From Antedon mediterranea (taxonomy: Eukaryota; Animalia; Echinodermata), in the NCBI RefSeq assembly GCF_964355755.1, contig NC_092679.1, positions 23,357,432 to 23,421,431 of the forward strand: DNA of 64,000 bases, in the 5' to 3' direction. Positions 24,601 to 38,510 of the stretch are shown here, one piece after another. Position numbers and translations under genes: made by a program. Numbering within the stretch: the first letter of the stretch is position 1; each line of letters begins with the position of its first letter. Under the pieces are notes generated by a model. It had not been told where the DNA came from. It saw only the letters and a program-made list of their open reading frames with translations, and did not search any database.

Positions 24601-27600
24601 GATTTATATGTATATTTTACATACAAACATAAACGCACAATTACTGTATGTTACTGAGTATAACCCAGTGGGGGTGAAATTTGCGTAAAATTATATAAGG
24701 AAACGTTTTAATGGTTATTCTTATTTTTGATTATTTATTTTTCCTTCTAAAATTCATATTTGTTTCACTTTATGTTTCAAGTTGTACCAATCACTAGCCA
24801 ACCATCTTCTTCAAGTTTCCTGGCATGTGAAAGGCAAGTACACATTGCTATGTAGTCTTGTACCCTATGTTGGAGCCCTGAACCTTTTATCAAAGCACCC
24901 AACCCTCCCAAGGCAGCTGATCAGAGGCTTGGCAACAAATTTCTTAGCTTCAGCTGTGTCTGATCTGCATAAGGTGCTACTACAGAACATGGTGGAAGAG
25001 GTAAAATTATTAGGCCTAGCTGGCGATGAGAAGAGTGTTGCTGCTGCCAAATGGAAGGACATCTGGGGAGAATGCGTAGCAGATGTTATTTGTAGTGAGA
25101 CCGAGTAAGTGGATAACACTTTGTTGAGCTGATCAGTTTAATTTACCTTGATTTACCTTGACCTTTAGACTATAAACCTGTTAAGGTTTGTTAGTCCCTC
25201 TTTGAACATCTTGGTTATATGGCTCAAACTTTAGGTTGTGGGTTTTCCAGTGTGTTTCAAGATGGGTTTTAAAATTATTTATCAGTTAATATGTTACATG
25301 ATAGACCATACTCCACTGCAGCCACTCCACAAGGTTTTTTGTTATCATATGATAGCCTTTTTTCCAGTCGTTACGAGATAATTGTTGAATGTTTTCTTGT
25401 GCTTTTATTTTGTGCACTTGTTGTTATATTAAATAAACTTTCTATTGATGACTGCAAATACATAATAATAAATATTATTTATGATATCATTTTGAAAGAA
25501 CAAAATCACAGGTTTTTCTTTTAGCTTTATGTCATTGTTGATAGTTGACAGTTGATATTTTTAGAATTCATTCAAAATAGTGTAGATCAAAATAACTGTG
25601 TCAATAATGATCAAATATTGCTTTATTTAAAAGTCTAGTAAGATTTCATGGAGCACAATACTGGTTGCCTTGGATACTAAAATGCTTTCCTGGTGCTTAT
25701 GAATCGCTAGTGACATCTTTGGAATTGATACCGAATTCCCAATCAATGTCATCAAAACGGCGTTTACATGGCGTTGTCATGGTGATGGCACAAGCGAGGC
25801 ATGCGGATATTGTTGATTGCAAAATTATTGTAAGTCAAACAAATTATATAAATTTTACCATATTTTATATAAGTATTTGCTTTTTCTACTTTATGTACCC
25901 AGTATTTGTGGTTTGTAAAATTTTTATTTCTTGTTAAAGTTATCTTAAAAATCATTTTAGTCAATGCATATATTGGTTTTGCGTTTTATGTAGTTGTAAA
26001 TATTAATTAAAAAAAAGTTATAAAAAACTAAATTGTATTCTTACAGTCCGAGACAAATATGGCATCAATATCAACAGCATTGTACCATGTTGATGATGAT
26101 ATTCGACTGCACGCTCTTGCTCTCATTTGCAACTCGCCACGAAAAGCTGAACCGGTCCAACAGTTTGAACTTGACATGCTTCAGCGATTTCTACCTCTCA
26201 ATCTGAACTGTGATGGCGCAAGTTTCCGACAAAAAATGTGCGCTTACATCAAGGTGATCATCACACGTATACGGAACAGTTGTTTGTCTTCTCTCAAGAT
26301 ACTTGCCCGTAAAAAGCCCGAAGTAACGGCAGAAGTAGACGACAAGACTGAAGAATCTGAGCATATTTTGATGTCTGGAATAGGCTTTCTTGATTGGCTC
26401 CTGAAAGACCTGGTGCAGTCACTATTTCCTGGTGCATGCTATCAAAGAAAGAGAGCAGCGTTAGGATTACTTGAGATTATGTTTGAATTAATGTTGTCAG
26501 GACAGGGCAATAAAAGAAAGGGTAAAACTCCAGGTACTGTATGATCATTGTTTTAAAATATCATTCTCAAACAATGTTGTTACTAAAAATATTAACAATT
26601 ATTTTATTCTTGTATCAACCTTGTGACAATTACACCAAATTTTAATAGCGTATAGAAATTTTCTGATTGGTTATAATAACTCTAATTTACAGCATCATAC
26701 TCTAAACACTCAACTGTTTTCCATTAATACAGTTAAGCGTTGTAAGATGCATTGTATACTGACATTACTACAGACTCTGAATATGTTTGCTTTATTCTAA
26801 CTCCAATGGTGTGAAAAGTTCATATCGTACTTTCATAGTGGATAGTTTAATGGTATATTGTTGTGTCCATATAATAAGAAAATGGAATTACTCACTTAAA
26901 ATACTATATAAATATAATTTTTTCACCAGAAAACACTAACAATCTTATAAAGTGGGCCCAGCAACAAGGCATGTGCAATTTTATATGTGAAAGGTAAGGT
27001 TTGATAGTACACTAGTGGTATTGCAACATAATTTTCTTATTCCTATAGGCAGAGATTTAAATAGTTTGATGATAGCAATGTGATGTAGATATATTTCAAA
27101 ATAATTTTGGCCTTGCCGCAAAAAACTGTTTATTTTATTTTCAGAACTTGTTCAATATTTCTAGAGTGTCTTCTTGATGGATCTAATGATATTCGTGATC
27201 TAGCCTACAAATTACTTTCTACCCACTTTCCATGGCCATTACCAAAAGCAGTGGCTAGCCAAGCCGATGGATATGGAGTCGTCTCTCAGGGCCTGCGGTT
27301 AATTTCTAGTCCTAAGTCACCAGAGTGTGAGGCTGGTGCTAAACTCTCTATGCTGGTATTTCAAAGGTATAGTTTTTAAAAATGAACAAAATTAACAAAC
27401 TGAAGTTTATTTTAATTTTGTTATGCTGTCGAAATTTATAAAAAAATTGTATAAATACTGAATAATGGTTAATAATAATAATTTAGATACAGATGTTTTA
27501 TTTTTTTAAATTAAATATTTCTACAATAAAAACACATCTACTGTACATGTCTATATATATCTATTCCTTTAATTAAATATAACATTTATTTAATAATGAA

Positions 27601-30600
27601 AGCTTGTTCATCAAGTAGAGTATGCTATGCATATTTGTTTTACTTATAGGCATATTCTTGAAGGAACCTGTACAACATCCCATCTTGTTGGAACTTTTGA
27701 ATCAAGCAAAGTGGAGCTAATGAACGGAGGTCCAGAAGAAGCACTGTCCTTCCTCACCCAACTGACAGGAATTCTGGCTCACCAGCTGAAATGCTGCTCC
27801 ACAAACATCTTAAAAGGGTCTTTTACGACACCAATGCATGGTAAAATATTTACAATTCACTGCAGTTATAATATATAATAAGATATGCGATTATATAAAA
27901 TTAAAATGATATATGATTCTATTGTGCCAGTATAATAAGATTATATAAAATTAACTTCGAAAAAAGGGTGGCGAACTTCAAACTTTATTTGTTCACCTTC
28001 AATTGTGTTCTGACCTAGAATTTGATCTAAAACTAATGGATTCTCCTGGGTTTAAACTATGTAATTTATCTTGCTCAGTTTAAAACTAAAGGTTACTCCT
28101 AGGTTTAAACATATGTATTTCCAATAGTACATACATCACATCTGTTCAATTGTATATATTATAAACAGGTATACTTCTGACGATTCGCAATTGTCTGATG
28201 CTTAACTTGCCAGTTCTTCGTGAGGTCATACTTTTAGACCGAGATGGTTGGTCATCTCTGATAAACAATCTCATAGACATCTCATCGAACATTGTCACCT
28301 TAGCAATGTCTGCTTTGGGTGGAATCGGAGGAAAAATTGGCGCACAGATGTCGCCATCGTTTGCTGATATGGGTGAAGGCATTAATGATCTGGTGGAGAA
28401 GATGAAGGATTGTCAGATGGAAAGTGAAGCTGAGGTGGGCATTCTGTGTGGGGATGACAGTCCTGCAATGTCTGCTGACTATCAGCTGATCATGGCATGC
28501 TGTTGGTTGAATTTAAAGGTACATTGTATATATAAAGTTGTTTTTATAATTTATTATTTCTATTGAATGTATTGAATATAAACCATAACATTTTGTTGGT
28601 ATGATTTTGTAAGATAGTGTGTAAAATGCTCTTATATGACTGACCATTATAATAATAATAAACTTTATTGGAACAATAACACCTTTATATCGGTGGCACT
28701 CATGTCAAACAGTGCCTCCAAGGGTTTAACAAACTTTAAACTACATTTTATTTCCAGGAAGTTAGCTTATTGCTTGCTGAATTGTCACAATTTGCTTATT
28801 TACCAGTGGAAAGTAAGGATGCACTGTTAACTAGAAAACATCTGCACACAATGATAGATATGTTTGTCAATATTTTGACCAAATGCAGACATAGGGTGAG
28901 TATGAAAACACATTAAAATAATTAAAAAAACAACCATTACATTATTTTGTTTGTTTAAATATCTGATAACAATGTGCTGGTTAACAAGATTGCCTTCAAA
29001 TCTCAAGTTCCAGGGTTCAATGCTGACCTACAGTAGTGCATGGTGTGTAACTCTTGACTGTAAACTTCTACACCCCTATAACCCTCAAATGAGAATTATA
29101 GTTTACAATCCCAATATAGTAATGTAATCCTGTAATTCATTAATTTGCTGTTGAATGTGTATGAAATAAAATACATTCCTAACTGCTGTTTATGTGCATC
29201 TTACTCTGCTACAAATCTAGTTAAATCAAGGTACTGAACAACCCTTTGCAACTATCTTTTTAACTTCATAATTCTAGGGTGCCATCGAAGGCTGCAACAT
29301 AGGGTTTTCTAGGTTGTGTGCCTCCTTATTGTCAAGTTCCTCACAGGAGCTGGCAGCTATACCAAGGACACTTGTAGAGGATGTGATTCATCTGATCACA
29401 AACGAAGGATCTACAACATCTTTTACTAAAAAGAGTGCAGGATTGCCATTACTAGTCGAAGCTGTTATTAACAGTGAACCAAGAGGCAGAGAGGTAACTA
29501 TACTCACAAATAAATATGCGCCCTAGATAATTCTATCTACAGGATAGTTGGGCCATAAGATTATTGTCTAAGTTAAAGATGGCTGACCTATTTCTTCAAT
29601 ATAAAGTCGTTCCTAAATATAAAAGTCATTTCTAAATATAGAAGTTAAAGATATCTGACCTACTTCCTAAAATTATGAAAAAAGTTATCTCTAATAATTG
29701 TTGATATTTTTTTCTCCTCAGAAAACTCTTCTTCATTTCACAATGACATCACTTCTAAAAATAGCACAGGAACCAGAGCCTGTTGAACATGACCCTAAAA
29801 TTGACCTGCCTCAGTGTCATGCATTAAATATGCTTAAAGCGTTGTTCAGAAGTGCTGCAATTAATGATGATGTCATGCCGTACACATCTAAGTCTGCCAT
29901 CATTGCCATCAATGGTTTTGCCTCTAAACATTTTTCAATAAGGAATGGATCTATGTTACTCTTTGGTAAGCAGAAATTGTTTTTCTTGTGTGATTTGCGA
30001 TAATGTTTTTTTAATTTGATTTGCATCCAACACTAATACAGGATATAATGATAATAATAATAATAGTTCATAATATTAATAATATTGTGAAATAAAAGAG
30101 TGTAAAAATTACGAGTCTACAAATTTCAGTAGTTGGTTGAAAATTGAAATTAGTGTTAATTCTATGATAAACACAATTTTACAAGTCACATTAACTATTT
30201 AGTCACACACGTTCCTTATTGCTTATAAGTTTACCATATTAAAGTGAGCATACTTTATAAACAGTCCTTGAATACGAAAATTTAAGATGTATATGCCATT
30301 GCCAACAACTTTTGCTATTTACCATTTCAGGCTCGCTTGTAGCCAGGATGTTTGGTCAGAAGCGCGTCCAAGATGAGCATTCACGCTTGAATTGCATGAC
30401 AGCACATGAATTTTTCGTACACTACCCAGAACTACAGAGCTTCCTCCTGCAAGAGATATGTAAATGTATTGACCAACAAAAGTCTGGAAATAATAGTCTA
30501 CATCCTAGCCTCTTTCCAGTTCTGATTATCTTATCAAAGCTAGGCTGTGGATTACAAAGTGGAGAAACTAGGTATTTAGGGGTTGTCACATTTCAAATTA

Positions 30601-33600
30601 ATTAAGTTAATTGAAAGCTTAGGATAATATATATTTTAGTACTTTAGTATCTATGAATTAGCATATAAGCCTAGGTGGATAAAAGCCTTCTCTTCAACCC
30701 AAGCATTAAGCAAATAAAGTATAGGCATATATTAAAAGGAAACATTGGGACCCAAGGAATCTCACCTAAACATCTACTAGTGACAAAATCAAAGTGCAAC
30801 ATATATTTTTTTGTCAGTATCCTTGCACAGTTTGTCCAGCCAGTGATGCAATTATCATCAAGCCCAGTATACCAGGTGAGATCTCTGGCAGCAGAAGGTC
30901 TTGTGCCCTTGGTGGCAGAAGACGGAATACTCTTACAAGCTGTCTGTATCATAAACATGTTGCCACAATCAAGTCAAGAACTTTTTTCTCAGAATCAACT
31001 ACATGGTCAGCTGTTGCAAATACAGAAGCTTTTTAGTGCATACATGGACAATTGCCAAGGGTAAGGTTGTAAATTAAAAGAACCCTATTAATGGGAGTGA
31101 GGAGTACTGTATATAATTAAACTACCTTCCTAGATTTTCATAAGGTGTTCCTGGTGAAATGTTTCAGGGAAGATGGACCATGTGAGCTTTCATTCTGTTT
31201 ATTTATATTTATACTATTCTGTACTTGAATGAATTATCTTATTATTATCTATCTGGATTTATAAATATATAAACAAAAATTAATCTACACAGACCCTGAA
31301 TTCTGATTTCTAAAAAGTATGGTTTTTTTAAAACTTTATTTTCAGGCCATTGCCATCATTGGAGGTACAGACTGCTTGTCGTCGGCTTTGTGAATTTCAG
31401 TGGATTGGTCGTAATGATAACAAGTGTCCACTGACAAGAGCAGTGTTTGTAGATACTGTAACAAAAGTTGTCTCTTGGACTTTGATAGATAAAACAAATA
31501 TTAATGCTAGTGTTCTAGCAGATGACATTTGCAGTATGGCCAAATGTCACATACAAATCCAAGAAACGCACCAGGTATGTGTTGAATAGTGGCATTGATT
31601 AAACATTCTAATTATCACCATTTCAATTATAATTTAACTTTAGTACAAACTGGAATTGTACTTTGCAGACGGTTCTTCTTGTTTTACCGCTGGCTGCGAC
31701 GTCCCATCAAAAGCGATTCAGCTTGCTGTAGGAGTCCCTGGGTCTAGCATGTTGATGTATGTGTTATTGTTTGTTTTGTAAAATTGGGAATAAATTGAAT
31801 TGAATTGAACCATAACAGTTACCAAGATAAAAGCATTTTTATTTTTCCATTTTGTAAAGGTCAATAAAAGACCCTTGTAGAGCAACAGGGTTTTATCCCA
31901 CTTCATGCCAACTTTCACCAAACGTTGCCCACGGTAACCTATTTTTAAACATCTTATCTTATTTCTTTAGATTTCAGATTGTGTTCTATCTAATTCAATG
32001 GTAAACTCATTGCTATCACTAAATCAAACACAATTTATAGACAATTTACAATCTATGTTTAAATCGAGATCACCAGATGTAATACTACCAGCACAGCTGT
32101 TCCTTCTGAAGCACCTTCAAAGAGGATGCCAAACCAGTATTCAGTCTCTTGTGCCATTGATCCCAGATATATTGAACATGATTAACTCTTTAAAAGAAGA
32201 GACATCTTTACTGGAGAACACTTTAAAACTCTTTGTGGAAATATCAGTAAGATTTAGTCACAATCTGTGTGTTGATTGGCCGAGGCATTGGGATAGTCTG
32301 CTTGAATTGGCCAATGGTGTTAAAGGTGTTGGTGTAAGCTGTGCAGCTATACCAGCACTAGCAGTAATAGTGAAGGGAATGCTTTGTGAAGGATGCACAT
32401 TCAGGTATAACCTATCAATTATTTCTTGTCATTCTTGAATAGCCTTGACCAATTTGAAATATAAGATGAAAAATATTATTGATCAACTTTTTCATACATT
32501 AAATAGACATTTTTTTTAGCCATAGATTGAATTTAACAATAATGTATACTTTCCTTTTCTTCTTAAGATGTGACCTACAACCTTTCTGCAGACTTTTGAT
32601 TACAAACAGTCAAGTAACCGCACCTGAAACTTGCCGTTTTGCAGTCGCCTCTTCCCTCAAAATTGTTGGTGCAATCATCCTGAAAGAAGTTCAAAGTCAG
32701 AAAAATGAAGAAATTGTTGTTCATGCGTTGAGGTAGGTATCAATGTAAATAGTGCTGAAGCAGTACTTTATTGCCTCTGAAATCATGTGGTCAATACTTA
32801 CACTGTTCACACTAGTGCCTTTTTAAAAAAACACAGTGCTTATAGGCTATCAATGATATGTTTTTTAGAGCAATGTCTTGGAATGTGAACACATGTTTGT
32901 CAATTTTTTGCCATCTTCTTCTAAGTTTTGCCAATCTTTCCAGTTTATTTAGCGCAGCTCTTAATCTTCTACAAGATGAGACGTCAGAGATCCGATGTGA
33001 AGCTTCTCAATTTGTGAGCAACCTTTCAAATGACATCACTTATATACAGTTAGAGATGATCCAGCCCAGCAATGCTCTGCAGGTAGGTTAAACAATATAG
33101 AAACTATTGGAACATGATGTCACACATTGGAGAGGGAGAGAGTATATGTACCATGAAAGATTGTTCTAGCAGGATTTGAACTGTGACCTATTGGTTCCAA
33201 GGCAGGCATTAGGATGTTAGACCACAGAACACATTTTTTTTTAGAATATGATTTTATATTATGAATACAGTATATAAATATAATAGAAGTGTACAATTAT
33301 CTTTTTAATTTTTGGTGACAGGACAGGAATTGTGCTGTTGGACCACAGAGCCATATACCTCCCAATTCCTTGTACTTTATATATTATGGCATTATCTAAC
33401 TTGTGACTTTTGGTGACAGGACAGGAATAGTACTGTTGGACTACAGAGCCATATACCTCCCAATTCCTTGTACTTTATATATTATGGCATTATCTAACTT
33501 GTGACTTTTGGTGACAGGACAGGAATAGTACTGTTGGACCACAGAGCCATATACCACACAATTCCTTGTACTTTATATATTATGGCATTATCTAACTTGT

Positions 33601-36489
33601 GACTTTTGGTGACAGGACAGGAATAGTACTGTTGGACCACAGAGCCATATACCTCCCAATTCCTTGTACTTTATATATTATGGCATTATCTAACTTGTGA
33701 CTTTTGGTGACAGGAGAGGAATTGTACTGTTAGATCACAGAGCCATATACCACACAATTCCTTGTACTTGATATATTATGGCATTATCTAACTTGTGACT
33801 TTTGGTGACAGGACAGGAATAGTACTGTTGGACCACAGAGCCATATACCTCCCAATTCCTTGTACTTTATATACTGTATTATGGCATTATCTAACTTGTG
33901 ACTTTTGGTGACAGGACAGGAATAGTACTGTTGGACCACAGAGCCATATACCTCCCAATTCCTTGTACTTTATATATTATGGCATTATCTAACTTGTGAC
34001 TTTTGGTGACAGGACAGGAATAGTACTGTTGGACCACAGAGCCATATACCTCCCAATTCCTTGTACTTTATATATTATGGCATTATCTAACTTGTGACTT
34101 TTGGTGACAGGACAGGAATAGTACTGTTGGACCACAGAGCCATATACCTCCCAATTCCTTGTACTTGATATATTATGGCATTATCTAACTTGTGACTTTT
34201 GGTGAGAGGACAGGAATAGTACTGTTGGACCACAGAGCCATATACCTCCCAATTCCTTGTACTTTATATATTATGGCATTATCTAACTTGTGACTTTTGG
34301 TGACAGGACAGGAATAGTACTGTTGGACTACAGAGCCATATACCACACAATTCCTTGTACTTGATATATTATGGCATTATCTAACTTGTGACTTTTGGTG
34401 ACAGGACAGGAATAGTACTGTTGGACCACAGAGCCATATACCACACAATTCCTTGTACTTTATATATTATGGCATTATCTAACTTGTGACTTTTGGTGAA
34501 AGGACAGGAATAGTACTGTTAGACTACAGAGCCATATACCACACAATTCCTTGTACTTGATATATTATGGCATTATCTAACTTGTGACTTTTGGTGAAAG
34601 GACAGGAATAGTACTGTTAGACTACAGAGCCATATACCTCCCAATTCCTTGTACTTTATATATTATGGCATTATCTAACTTGTGACTTTTGGTGACAGGA
34701 CAGGAATAGTACTGTTGGACCACAGAGCCATATACCACACAATTCCTTGTACTTTATATATTATGGCATTATCTAACTTGTGACTTTTGGTGACAGGACA
34801 GGAATAGTACTGTTAGACCACAGAGCCATATACCTCCCAATTCCTTGTACTTTATATATTATGGCATTATCTAACTTGTGACTTTTGGTGACAGGACAGG
34901 AATAGTACTGTTGGACCACAGAGCCATATACCACACAATTCTTTGTACTTTATATATTATGGCATAGGCAAATTTGCTAATACAGTGTCACATGTGGTGT
35001 GGGAGAAAATTTATATTTTGGTAGTTAATTCTAAAATCCGTGCAGATAATATTTATTATTTTTCCATTTCAGATGATAATTAAATATATGTGCCAAAGTT
35101 TTAGATGGTCAAATGTTTGTTTCTCCAATTTGTATTCAAGATTAGTTGGAAATTCTGTCGAAATAAACATTAAAAATCAATCAACAGGGTAAAATAATTT
35201 TTATAATATATCGTTTTAGTTTTGTTTGAGTTGTTAGATGCGAGAATTTGTTTCCACTTGTAAGGTTCTTCTCTGGGTACGAACATGATTGGTTGAAATG
35301 GCAATGTTCACTACTGGGATTATTATTATTTTTAGTAGTATTCATTGAGTTTAAGATGCTAGATAAGTGAGAAATTGTCAAAGTTTTCTCCAGTTAAGGT
35401 GATGACGCTGTACATCATTATTACCCTGGACATTTTTTGATAAATAATTTGTCAATTTCATAATACCATATTTTCTTTTATTTTTTTGGTTTAGAAATAT
35501 TAATTTATTTGAGCAAGATGATGCTAACATATATTGGGAACCAGCTCAACTCGCTAGATTTATACACAAAGAACTTATGGTAAGTCAGTGCTTGTCCAAT
35601 GTGGCTGTTATCAATGTTGTAAGATAGTGGAGCTGTAGCTTAGTGGTTAACATGGGTTCAATCCTGACCTAGTTCCAGAGTTGTAATTCACGACTCAGTT
35701 CCACTTCATAAGCCAAAAAAATTCTGTAATTGAAAAAGTAGTCAAACTGGGAACTAGTCAAACAAACAAATCATACATCAAAAGGAACATAGAAATACAA
35801 ATATTTGTAACAGTAGTATTAATGCCTTTAAATACTTGTAGGTATCTGTGACAACATTAGCAAAAGAAGATCCAGAAGCTTTGAGATCTTGGGTGATGAG
35901 CAATCTAACCACGACAAAAGATCAGATCAATCGTCTGCATAAACAACTAAGCACAAAAACATCAAAGTGTAAGGCTTGTTTTCACCTTCCTCATAATTGT
36001 TTAATCGATAATACCTTTTTCACATATGCAAAAAGCCACAACTTGTTGTAAGTTGTAACCAGGTTCTTGTAGTGGATGTGAAGCTCCAAGTTTTTACTGT
36101 GCATTTGTACTTGCTTTGCAATTTTACTGACAAATCACAGTACATAAAATACAATACAAAAAAATAGCGCCCCTGTACAATGAAAATACTTCCTTCCAAG
36201 GTTCGCGGTTGCGTAAACACATGGGGAGATAAAAATAAAAATACAATTGTAACAATAGTGTGAAAAGGACATAATTCACGTTTACTAATCATTGTCTTTT
36301 TCCTTATCAGTTGGAAGTTTCTTTGACATATCTGGATCATCTAAGTCATACTCTTTGATCATGTGTCAGTTGCTACAAGTAGACCTTCTGGTGAGCGCTA
36401 ATCGCCTCTTGACTTGTGATGCTGCTCTTGATTTCTCTCAACTCTACATAACCATCACAGATTTAACCAAGGTGAATATAATATTGTAA
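21625..36489 (+). CDS. THADA: THADA / Trm732 homologue (ARM-repeat protein, DUF2428), ~26 coding exons
   Basis: Motifs SFTKKSAGLPLLVEAVINSEP, HALNMLKALFR, IRNGSMLLFG-SLVARMFGQKRVQDEHS, FFVHYPEL, LHPSLFPVLIILSKL, FLPLNLNCDGASFRQK and LTKCRHRGAIEG. GT-AG exons include 21625-21798, 21987-22092, 22241-22635, 23055-23181, 24054-24380, ~26046-26533, ~29278-29492, ~29722-29964, ~30331-30571, 35842-35968 and 36311-36489. Terminal exons are less certain. Confidence 0.93.
24439..24476 (+). ncRNA. Second minimal hammerhead motif (Penelope-like fragment 24439-24605) in a THADA intron
   Basis: CA-CTGATGA-A-GTGC-tagttat-GCAC-GAAA-GC-TC-TG. The downstream ~130 bp is homologous to 6570-6690. Stem I is reduced to 2 bp. 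Confidence 0.62.
28970..29170 (+). mobile_element. Degenerate tRNA-derived SINE-like repeat
   Basis: Eroded A box and GGGTTCAAT B box, with an A-rich GAAATAAAA tail. Similar eroded heads lie near 33170-33230 (-), 35630 and 62755-62810 (-). Confidence 0.35.
33310..34965. repeat. 98-bp minisatellite, ~17 copies, in a THADA intron
   Basis: Unit TTTTGGTGACAGGACAGGAATAGTACTGTTGGACCACAGAGCCATATACCTCCCAATTCCTTGTACTTTATATATTATGGCATTATCTAACTTGTGAC. The flanking exons (ending 33082, starting ~35073) join in frame without it. Confidence 0.97.
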
Positions 36490-38510
36490 AGTTGATATAT
36501 ATGTTCTCCCCAGACAAAACCCAAACACCATTCTTTCTTACTATATATATATATATTTAACCAAGGAGAATTTATAATGTTGGTGATTATACAGTATAAA
36601 TATTTTGATATGGGTTCAGTTAGAATAAAATTGTTTATTGTGATTGTAATAGAAATGTTAAACTGTATTGTATAAACATTTATACATAAACAAATGGAAT
36701 AAATAACTAAAGGGGTGGGGGGGGGGGGGGAAATCAGCTAGATACAGTAGAACCTTTGTGACATGAAATTCAATTTGTGACATTTATTTCTATCAATGCA
36801 TTGAACAAAGCCATTGATAGGAATTGTTACTGTGTCAATATATAGGTGGAAGTATTATTGTATAGAATATATTTTTTTAGTACAATTTCCAATTCCTTCT
36901 TGTATTTCAGATTGAAAATCTTCATCCATTTCTTCAAGACCAAATGAATGAAATCATAAACCATGAACAGACACAATCCAGCAACATTGAAGACAATTTG
37001 TAAAAAAAATAATGTCATTTAATATGAATACAGAGTCTGGTACATTTGATATTTTACAACCAAATATTTTTAAATACAATTAAGGGTCATTATAGTTTTG
37101 AGGTTTAAGGGAATTCTTAATTATTAGGGTATTAAGTATTTGCCTTAGCCTAAGTGGGAATGGTGTATACGGCCACATGTTGTTAACTTTGCAAGCTACT
37201 ACAGCAGTAGTAATAGTTAGTTACTCAGTTGTGACCCGTTACATGCTCATGGCAAATTATTTAACCTAATACTGTATTAATATTATTTATTAAAATATAA
37301 TAATTGAAGAATTATTGTGAAATAAATATATATATGATATTTTTAATAAAATTTGTATATTCATTTTTTTTTCTCAAAATATATTAGATATTATTTTGGT
37401 TTGGTCCTGAAAAACTGTTTATAAGAAGTTTGGATGTAAGACACTTTGCACTGATTACTATCGGAGTTATTTGAGTATGTTTCCATGTTTGATCCAAAAA
37501 TGATGATTGGTTTAATAATATGAAGCGCTTAGAAGCAACAAGCGCTAAACAACGAGTATTATTATTTATTTATTTGATTACAAATTATTTCCATAATTAT
37601 AAAAATACAAAATAAATAATTTCTAATATACTATATATTCACATCATTCTAATACTTGAGTTGCTTTTTAAAATTAAATTAAAAATATAAATTAGTTTTG
37701 ATTAAAATTATAAAAAATGTATTATATATTATAATTCACATAATTTTAATATTCTATTTGGTTTTTTTAAGCCCAATTGCACCATGTTGACTGATGACGG
37801 GTTTAAACTGCACTATACCCCATTCACGACACCTACAAAGGGTCACACCTGTTCTGGCAAATCAAACCCCATTCACGACACCTACAAAGGGTCACACCTG
37901 TTCTGGCAAATCAAACATTAAATAGGTATGCGCATAGTCGCTTCATAAGCACAGTGTTTTGTATGGTGTGCTAGCCAGTATGTGTAAACTCCAGAGTTTG
38001 CTAGGTAAAGTGAAAATGGTATTAGATGACGGTATCAGCATTGAAATCAATTATATATTCTTATATTTATTTGCTGAGATGTTAATACTAGATTCATTAC
38101 TAGCCTGACTGACAGGAATGACCAATATTGGCATTCACTACTGTGGAATCATGTTTGAACATTAATTTAACAAAAACCATTGAAACAATTAAGGATTGTC
38201 TGGATAGGATGCCGGCTCGTTTGAGACTTTCAGCTGATTTAGTCTTGCGTTTGCTTTTGTTTATGATAATGAGGTACGCCCAATCTGCACATGTTCAGAA
38301 ATAATTGTACGGTTGGAATCATTTAACTGTATAGGTGGATAGACCCTACTGCACTGTGTGGTCTCTAGCTAGGCCAAGAGAAGATAGCTAGGTCAAGGCA
38401 GGGAAACATCCTATACTGATAACAGTTCAATAAATCCTGGATTGAAAGGTGCATTAAAGTGAAACACAACAACGCGTGCCAGAATATAATATATTATATA
38501 TACACCAATG

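Noticed and set aside
37790-37830. CTGATGA followed by a short hairpin as a third hammerhead (also CTGAGGA near 23006)
   Set aside because: No correctly placed GAAA box or stem III.
37817-37917. Small local duplications (about 49 bp here, about 30 bp x3 at 40340-40445, and at 14805-14870)
   Set aside because: Ordinary slippage duplications with no further structure.
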